Origin: Nostoc sp. PCC 7120 = FACHB-418
GTDB lineage: Bacteria > Cyanobacteriota > Cyanobacteriia > Cyanobacteriales > Nostocaceae
Length of the DNA: 32,000 nt
Direction: 5' to 3'
Assembly: GCF_000009705.1 (NCBI RefSeq)
Contig: NC_003272.1
Span: 5,670,001 to 5,702,000, forward strand
In this document: piece by piece, positions 25,242 to 32,000 of the stretch
How the letters are laid out: each line of letters starts with the position of its first letter
How positions within the stretch are numbered: the first letter of the stretch is position 1
Made by a program: the position numbers and the translations under genes
Notes under the pieces: generated by a model
Database searches by the model: none
The model's input: only the letters and a program-made list of their open reading frames with translations
What the model was told of the DNA's origin: nothing

Positions 25242-26474
25242 TTAAGTTTGAACATGAACAGGAAAAACACCCAAAGCAATTAATCTAGCTGGTAGGTCGC
25301 GCAATATTGGCAAGCGCAACAGCATCGGGGGCTGAAAATTCAGATTCTCGGCTAGTATAGGGGCAAATACTCGCTTTTGAATGAAGGTTTGAAATGCTTG
25401 AATAATCCGTGTAGGCAATTCCCGCCGACGCTGGACTTTGGCTAAATCCCTAAGTTTTACATGGTGATTTTGCAGTGGTTTAGTCAGGACATTAGCAGTT
25501 ACCACCGCATCTTGAATCGCATAATTAATCCCCACTCCGGCGACTGGTGACATGATATGAGCTGCATCACCAATCAATAGCAATCCTGGACGATACCAGC
25601 GCTGCACAAGGTTTGATTCCACAGAGAGAAATGCTACCTGTGACCAATCGTGTAAATTGTGGATACGATTTGCTAATTCTGGGACGACTTCCACAACAGA
25701 TTTTTTCAGCGCTTCCAAACCTGTAGACCGTAACTGCTGATAGCCTCCCTTAGGAATCACATAAGCCATTTGCCATTCATTACCACGGTCAAGCATAGCG
25801 ATGATATGACCAGGGGCAAAACGCCCCATTCCTCCCTCACCATCTTCTGGTTGACGCGGTAGGCGGAACCAAAGAATATCCATTGGCGGTGAGGTTTCAG
25901 TTGCGGCAAAATTACCCAATTGCCGTAACCGCGAATGACGACCATCTGCACCCACCGTGAGTATTGCCCTGATTTCGTGCCAACCACCGCCGCCTCGATA
26001 GCGCACACCTTGAATTACTCCGTTCTCCTGGATTAATTCCTGCACATTCGCACCCATGACTAATTTAAAGCTTGGGTATTTTTGAGCCTCTTGGGTAATG
26101 AACTCTAGGAATTTCACCTGAGGCAACATTGTAATATAGGGATAGCGAGTTTTTAGGTGGCTAAAATCAGCCAAAGTAAAAGTATTTTCAGTTGTTTTTA
26201 CGCGAATTTGTCGCATTTTGGCATGGGGTAATTGTAGCAAGCGATCGCTTAATCCCAATTCCTCCATAATTTCCATCACCGATGGGTGAATCGTATCCCC
26301 ACGAAAATCTCGGTCAAAGTCTTTATGGGCTTCCAGCAATATTACAGAAACACCTTGACGCGCCAACAATAAAGCTAAGACCGCACCAGCCGGGCCACCT
26401 CCGACAATACAACAGTCCGTAGTTTTGACATCTACAATCTCATGGGCAGGATTAGTCAGTAAATCGGTAGTCAT
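25242..26474 (-). CDS. FAD-dependent monooxygenase/oxidoreductase (UbiH/PHBH-like fold)
   Basis: It has the dinucleotide-binding motif CCIVGGGPAGAVLALLLARQGVSVILLE and a later GDAAH motif (LLLIGDAAHIMSPVAGVGIN). The ATG at 26474 is preceded by GGAGG; the ORF track's TTG at 26504 is less likely. Confidence 0.85.
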   Translation of the reverse strand: MTTDLLTNPAHEIVDVKTTDCCIVGGGPAGAVLALLLARQGVSVILLEAHKDFDRDFRGDTIHPSVMEIMEELGLSDRLLQLPHAKMRQIRVKTTENTFTLADFSHLKTRYPYITMLPQVKFLEFITQEAQKYPSFKLVMGANVQELIQENGVIQGVRYRGGGGWHEIRAILTVGADGRHSRLRQLGNFAATETSPPMDILWFRLPRQPEDGEGGMGRFAPGHIIAMLDRGNEWQMAYVIPKGGYQQLRSTGLEALKKSVVEVVPELANRIHNLHDWSQVAFLSVESNLVQRWYRPGLLLIGDAAHIMSPVAGVGINYAIQDAVVTANVLTKPLQNHHVKLRDLAKVQRRRELPTRIIQAFQTFIQKRVFAPILAENLNFQPPMLLRLPILRDLPARLIALGVFPVHVQT

Positions 26475-26590
26475 CACAACACCTCCAGACAGCCCTAAAA
26501 TCAAGATTAGTGTGCTTTAGGGTGGTGCGAGTATTTTTTTAATTTTTCGTAGCGATAGAGAATGTGTATCATGGACGCTAAAATGACCAT

Positions 26591-26677
26591 TTAGTGATTA
26601 GTCCATAGTCAATAGTTCAAAGTTCAGAGCTTTCTTGACTAATGACCAATGACTAATGACCAATGACTAGTGACAAT
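26591..26677. repeat. STRR-type heptamer repeats in two opposed blocks spanning the start codon of the MalK-like gene
   Basis: The block at 26636..26677 reads tgactaa tgaccaa tgactaa tgaccaa tgactag tgacaat; TGACCAA is the complement of the STRR2 unit TTGGTCA. The upstream block at 26591..26632 (ttagtga ttagtcc atagtca atagttc aaagttc agagctt) carries the complementary TTAGTCA-type unit. Confidence 0.7.
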
Positions 26678-27979
26678 ACTGTGGCGCAAGTTGTTTTAGA
26701 AAACGTTTACAAAAGTTTCCCTCCCCGCAGAGGGGAAAATGTGAGTTCACAAACTCCATCCGCGAAGAAAACTGACGCAGAACCAGCAGGAACCGTGAAT
26801 GTTTTGCGGCGGATAAACCTGACTATTCCTGACGGGGAATTTATGGTGTTGGTGGGGCCTTCTGGTTGCGGTAAAAGTACCCTGCTGCGGTTAATTGCGG
26901 GGTTAGAAGTGATGACTGGGGGCAATATTTGGGTAGGCGATCGCTTGGTGAATGATTTACCACCCAAGGAACGAGATATTGCAATGGTGTTTCAAAATTA
27001 TGCCCTTTATCCCCACATGACGGTATATGACAATATCGCCTTCGGTTTGCGTCGCCGTTCTGGATCGGAAGAACACAGAGACAATCACCCCAGTTCCCCA
27101 TCCCAACTCCCCACCTGGGCAGAAAATCTATTAGTAGGTGCGACAAGAAAGCTTCCCAAAGGACTGCGTTATATTTCTGATCAAGAACGGGAAGTAGACG
27201 AGCAAGTGCGGTCTGTAGCGCATTTGTTACAAATTGAGACTTTGCTGCATCGCTTACCCAAGCAACTATCTGGAGGACAAAGACAACGGGTGGCTTTAGG
27301 AAGAGCGATCGCCCGTAATCCTCAAGTATTCTTAATGGATGAGCCGCTTTCTAACCTAGATGCCAAGTTAAGGGCAGAAACCCGCGCTCAAATCGTCAAA
27401 TTGCAACGCCAGCTAGGCACAACAACAATTTACGTCACCCACGACCAAACAGAAGCCATGACAATGGGCGATCGTATCGCCATCATGAATCAAGGTCAAA
27501 TTCAACAAGTAGCTTCCCCCTTAGAACTCTACAATCATCCAGCCAATCGCTTTGTAGCTGAATTCATTGGTACACCACCCATGAATTTTATTCCCGTAGA
27601 GTTTCACGCGCCATTATTAATTACCCATTCCCAGTTCCGTCTCACCCTTCCAGAGATATGGGCAAGTGTGCTGCAAAAATATGATAAGCAAACACTCATT
27701 TTAGGTATTCGTCCGGAACATTTAACTGTGAGTGTACCCGCTACTAAAAATTTGCCCGTACAAGTAGATTTAGTAGAAAACTTAGGTAATGATTCTTTTA
27801 TTAATGTGGTACTAACTGAGGCTGAATCTCGATTTTCTCATACAATTAAACCTTTGCAAGTACGAGTTCCATCAGACCGAATCATCAATGTGAGTGAGCA
27901 AATCTGGTTATCACTAACACTAGATAAAATTCACTTTTTCGACCCTGATACTGATTTAGCAATATTTCCTAAAAATTAG
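26663..27979 (+). CDS. MalK/UgpC-type sugar ABC transporter ATP-binding protein with lineage-specific insertions
   Basis: It has Walker A GPSGCGKST, the Q-loop MVFQNYALYPH, the signature [15 protein letters not shown], Walker B VFLMDEPLSNLD, the H-loop YVTHDQ and a C-terminal MalK-like regulatory domain. The start could be ATG 26663 or GTG 26681. Confidence 0.9.
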   Translation: MTSDNTVAQVVLENVYKSFPPRRGENVSSQTPSAKKTDAEPAGTVNVLRRINLTIPDGEFMVLVGPSGCGKSTLLRLIAGLEVMTGGNIWVGDRLVNDLPPKERDIAMVFQNYALYPHMTVYDNIAFGLRRRSGSEEHRDNHPSSPSQLPTWAENLLVGATRKLPKGLRYISDQEREVDEQVRSVAHLLQIETLLHRLPKQLSGGQRQRVALGRAIARNPQVFLMDEPLSNLDAKLRAETRAQIVKLQRQLGTTTIYVTHDQTEAMTMGDRIAIMNQGQIQQVASPLELYNHPANRFVAEFIGTPPMNFIPVEFHAPLLITHSQFRLTLPEIWASVLQKYDKQTLILGIRPEHLTVSVPATKNLPVQVDLVENLGNDSFINVVLTEAESRFSHTIKPLQVRVPSDRIINVSEQIWLSLTLDKIHFFDPDTDLAIFPKN

Positions 27980-28105
27980 TCTTTTAATTTTAAGTATTAA
28001 CAAATAAGTTTTTCTATGAATCCGATTGGCTATTGTTTTTTAGCCTGTGCTGATGCTTAAAATCTTAGTATCTGTAGAGTGAAGCGGAATAGAAAATTGC
28101 GTTTT

Positions 28106-28122
28106 GGTGGGCATTGCCCACC
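28106..28122. repeat. Copy of the GGTGGGCATYGCCCACC palindromic repeat
   Basis: GGTGGGCATTGCCCACC differs by one loop base from the copy at 19077..19093. It is followed by CTAC, as in the GCCCTAC of 19109..19124. Confidence 0.6.
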
Positions 28123-28281
28123 CTACTATTTATTACGAATTGCGTAAAGCCTGCGGCATAGCTGCGCTTAGAGCGGAGTGGGACGTTAGTCCATTGCGAA
28201 TTGGATTTATATTCTCAAGTAGAGGGCGCTGTTAACCATACCACCAAAACGGGAATAAGGTTTTCAACAGCACTACAATGA

Positions 28282-28656
28282 CTATTTCTTAGCTCGACCT
28301 TTTTCTATAGCCTGTTTTACTAAATCATCGCTAACGTTAGTAACTGCATCTTCTCTAGACGCGCCTATCTCTTTTGCTAACTCTACGTAATCGTCAGGAT
28401 TGCTAGTTGATTGAGCTTCAGTTCTGGCTTCTTCAGGTACAGAAATCTCTTGTTGACTTGCCGTAGCGGCTTCGGCTGCCGCAGCGCCTTCACCAGTACG
28501 ATCAACATCACTAATACTAAATTCTTGTGCAGCTGCATAGTCAGCATCAAAATCAACTTTTGGTGCTTTTTCTTCACCACTAGCTATATTTTCGGCAGCT
28601 AATTTTGCATCGTGGGTAGGAGCTTCCATAGAATTAGGTTTTATTTCTTCAGACAT
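28282..28656 (-). CDS. Small acidic, low-complexity protein of unknown function
   Basis: The ORF is open for 129 codons. The ATG at 28656 (MSEEIKPN...) has a GAAGG upstream. The composition is rich in Ala, Glu and Asp, with no hydrophobic segment and no motif I recognise. The evidence that it is coding is length plus the start context only. Confidence 0.45.
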   Translation of the reverse strand: MSEEIKPNSMEAPTHDAKLAAENIASGEEKAPKVDFDADYAAAQEFSISDVDRTGEGAAAAEAATASQQEISVPEEARTEAQSTSNPDDYVELAKEIGASREDAVTNVSDDLVKQAIEKGRAKK

Positions 28657-28875
28657 AGCTAATACCTTCAATCTTTTTTAAATCGTTGTAGCGATGGTAA
28701 CAACGTGACGGGCTACTTTGTAGCTCCCCCTAGTAAGATTATTACCTCTATTGAAAGATAGATATAAATACTTAGATGTAGCAAATATAATTATTTCTTT
28801 GGAAAGTAGATAAAGCCAACAAAATGTTGCTAATTATTACTTGAAGAACTTAAAATTTACTTGGAAATCTAAGTT

Positions 28876-29406
28876 ATGACTGCTAGTTACGAAAAAAATG
28901 CTTCTCAAGCTCTAAGTAATGAAACCCGTAATTTAGTCGAAGCTTTTAATAAATTAGATACCGATGCTAAGTTAGCTTGGTTTTATTACGTCTATGAAAA
29001 AATGGGTGATTCTATCACTCCTGCCGCACCCGCAGCCGCAGAACCAGAATTAGCTCCCCTGTTATTAGGTAACTATTTCCAGTTATCAGACAAAGAGCAA
29101 CTCAATATTATGCGGCAAATTGTTAATCGTGAAGATACAGAATATTCTCGCGCTTATGGAGCGTTAAAAGAAAATAATCAATTATTAGTTTGGTACGTTT
29201 GGGCTGTAGCTATGGGTGATACAGTAGTAGGAATGCCAGATAATTATCAGCCCACAGAAACTATAAATAATTTACTTTCACAAATTGAAGATTTAGATTT
29301 TGAAGCCCAAATGTCTATCTTTCGGACTATTGCTGGAGAGATGGGACACACAGATGTTAAACCAATTGAAACACAAGCACAAACAGGAAAAACATCAAGT
29401 CTTTAA
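28876..29406 (+). CDS. Helical carotenoid protein (stand-alone homolog of the orange carotenoid protein N-terminal domain)
   Basis: 176-aa ORF that aligns by eye to the OCP N-terminal domain. LAWFYYVYEKMGDSITPAAP matches OCP LALIWFAYLEMGKTLTIAAP and conserves the Trp and Tyr carotenoid contacts. LLVWYVWAVAMGDTVVGMPDNYQ matches KLGFWYRLGELMEQGFVAPIPAGYQ. No NTF2-like C-terminal domain is present. Confidence 0.8.
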   Translation: MTASYEKNASQALSNETRNLVEAFNKLDTDAKLAWFYYVYEKMGDSITPAAPAAAEPELAPLLLGNYFQLSDKEQLNIMRQIVNREDTEYSRAYGALKENNQLLVWYVWAVAMGDTVVGMPDNYQPTETINNLLSQIEDLDFEAQMSIFRTIAGEMGHTDVKPIETQAQTGKTSSL

Positions 29407-29492
29407 TTGAGTGGCTGTGCCGATTTGTAGCAATTGGGGTAAGTTTAGCAGTCGTTCTGACTTAGTGCAGCAGACAAAATCACTAAGAACTA

Positions 29493-29522
29493 TTGACATT
29501 TGTCGAAGATTATGTTGATAAT
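29493..29522 (+). promoter_or_regulatory. Candidate sigma70-type promoter of purA
   Basis: TTGACA (29493..29498), an 18-nt spacer, then GATAAT (29517..29522), about 40 nt upstream of the TTG start at 29561. This is a pattern match only. Confidence 0.35.
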
Positions 29523-29551
29523 GGTTCTTTGTGGAAACTTTACCTCAATAA

Positions 29552-30904
<1,353 letters not shown>

Positions 30905-30988
30905 TCAGTACTAAGTACTAAGTCAAAAGTCCAGAGTCCAGAGTTTTGTGACAACAGACAACTGACAATTAACAACCGACAATTAAAC
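30905..30988. repeat. STRR-type heptamer tract filling the purA-rplY spacer
   Basis: Twelve 7-nt units read in register: tcagtac taagtac taagtca aaagtcc agagtcc agagttt tgtgaca acagaca actgaca attaaca accgaca attaaac. The second half resembles the STRR3 unit CAACAGT. Confidence 0.7.
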
Positions 30989-30992
30989 TAAT

Positions 30993-31292
30993 ATGGCTCT
31001 GACAGTCGAAACTAAAAAAAGACCAGAAGGTAGCAAGCCTAAAGCTTTGCGCCGCGCTGGATTTATCCCCGCCAACTTGTACGGACACAACGGTAGAGAA
31101 TCAATTTCTCTGGTGGTTGATGCCAAAGTAGTTGAAAGATTACTTAAAGCAGCTGCTGTTAAAAAAACCGAAATCGAACTCAATATTCCTGAATTGGAAT
31201 GGACTGGTAAAACTATTCTTCAAGAAGTTCAGATACATCCAGCCAAGGGTACACCATATCACATCAGCTTCCTTGCTACTGCCAAAGGCTAA
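30993..31292 (+). CDS. rplY: 50S ribosomal protein L25 (short form)
   Basis: 99-aa [17 protein letters not shown] and EVQIHP..G.PYHISF match the L25 pattern seen in E. coli L25 (RRLRAANKFPAIIYG ... VQRHPYKPKLQHIDF). Confidence 0.85.
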   Translation: MALTVETKKRPEGSKPKALRRAGFIPANLYGHNGRESISLVVDAKVVERLLKAAAVKKTEIELNIPELEWTGKTILQEVQIHPAKGTPYHISFLATAKG

Positions 31293-31349
31293 AGCAAGTG
31301 CAAAATTTGTTTTACTTGCCATTTAAAGTTTGTGATAATTGCTGATAAG

Positions 31350-31373
31350 CCAGGGTTAAAACCCTGGTTTTTT
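31350..31373 (+). terminator. Rho-independent terminator of rplY
   Basis: CCAGGGTT AA AACCCTGG (31350..31367) followed by TTTTTT (31368..31373). Confidence 0.75.
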
Positions 31374-31465
31374 GTTGTTTGCCTTTCTCGACTGTTTTAG
31401 ACAGATTAACAATTCAAAATTCAAAAATAAATTATTCCAAATTGATGCTTAGTCTAGACACTCCA

Positions 31466-31529
31466 GTAGGGTGCGTCAGTACGAATAATTTATTGTTACA
31501 GTTAGGTTTTTTGCACTGACGCACCCTAC
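31466..31529. repeat. Perfect 15-bp inverted repeat with 34-nt spacer
   Basis: GTAGGGTGCGTCAGT (31466..31480) and ACTGACGCACCCTAC (31515..31529) are exact reverse complements. The pair is intergenic, between the rplY terminator and the dienelactone hydrolase gene. Confidence 0.7.
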
Positions 31530-31601
31530 ATTTGGGATATTTTTTTATCTGGAAGTCCCTAAGTGAAGATGTCAATAAATCAAATAGGCAGGAGTAATAA
31601 A

Positions 31602-32000
31602 GTGCAAATTGAAAAGACAGAGGTGGAAATTTCTACGCCTGATGGAAAAATGCCTGCCTTCTTTTATCAGCCTTGTGAACGTGGACAAAAGCCCGCCGTA
31701 ATTCTTTTAATGGAAGCATTTGGCTTAACTTCCCACATTCAAGATGTAGCAACCCGAATTGCTAAGGAAGGCTACGTAGTTCTGACTCCAGATTTGTACT
31801 ATCGTGAATTGACAAACAACAAGTTTGGCTATGAAGAAGTTGAGCAAGCGATGGCGATGATGTACCGCCTTGACTTCGGTAAACCAATAGAGGAGGATAT
31901 TAGGGCAGCGATCGCTTATCTCAAGTCACAGTCTAATGTGTTCTCAGAAAAGATTGGCGTGACTGGATTTTGCTTGGGTGGTGGTCTGTCTTTTCTCAGT
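31602..32000 (+). CDS. Dienelactone hydrolase family protein (5' part, truncated by the window end)
   Basis: This frame is not in the ORF track because it has no stop before the window end. My translation from GTG 31602 (GGAG at 31591..31594) is VQIEKTEVEISTPDGKMPAFFYQP...PAVILLMEAFGL...GVTGFCLGGGLSFLS. It ends in the G-x-C-x-G nucleophile elbow typical of dienelactone hydrolases. Confidence 0.8.
   Translation, partial: MQIEKTEVEISTPDGKMPAFFYQPCERGQKPAVILLMEAFGLTSHIQDVATRIAKEGYVVLTPDLYYRELTNNKFGYEEVEQAMAMMYRLDFGKPIEEDIRAAIAYLKSQSNVFSEKIGVTGFCLGGGLSFLS

Overview
This 32-kb window looks like a chromosomal segment from a filamentous, Nostocales-type cyanobacterium. The HIP1 octamer GCGATCGC occurs more than thirty times by eye. 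Heptameric STRR-type tandem repeats fill several intergenic regions. The gene content includes psaK, a stand-alone helical carotenoid protein (a homolog of the OCP N-terminal domain) and ftsH. I call 28 protein-coding loci: one is frameshifted and one is cut by the window end. I found no rRNA, tRNA, CRISPR array, transposase or integrase. Most genes are ordinary: an EamA permease, a P450, eda, a GH31 alpha-glucosidase, glsA, psaK, ftsH, an FMN reductase, ssb, an FAD monooxygenase, purA, rplY, a dienelactone hydrolase and two orphan ABC ATPases. The most interesting part is the left third. A co-directional minus-strand cluster (1156..6608) encodes four proteins: a tail-anchored Ras-like small GTPase, a membrane-spanning seven-blade WD40 protein with an N-terminal domain I cannot assign, a Cys-X5-Arg dual-specificity phosphatase, and a 575-aa exported/membrane coiled-coil protein. 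This looks like a eukaryote-like membrane signalling module whose function I cannot assign. Next to it is a ParA-type ATPase broken by a frameshift in an A8 run. It is translationally coupled to a Q/E-rich coiled-coil protein with a Trp close to its C-terminus, so the pair resembles McdA/McdB. Other items worth a second look: a 42-bp (2 x 21) tandem array after the P450 gene; two paralogous YkuD L,D-transpeptidases bracketing a PEP-CTERM protein and an 886-bp ORF-free AT-rich region; an STRR-like tract lying in frame inside a MalK-type ATPase; and several small GC-rich palindromic dispersed repeats. All functional calls come from motifs read by eye. No database search was run.
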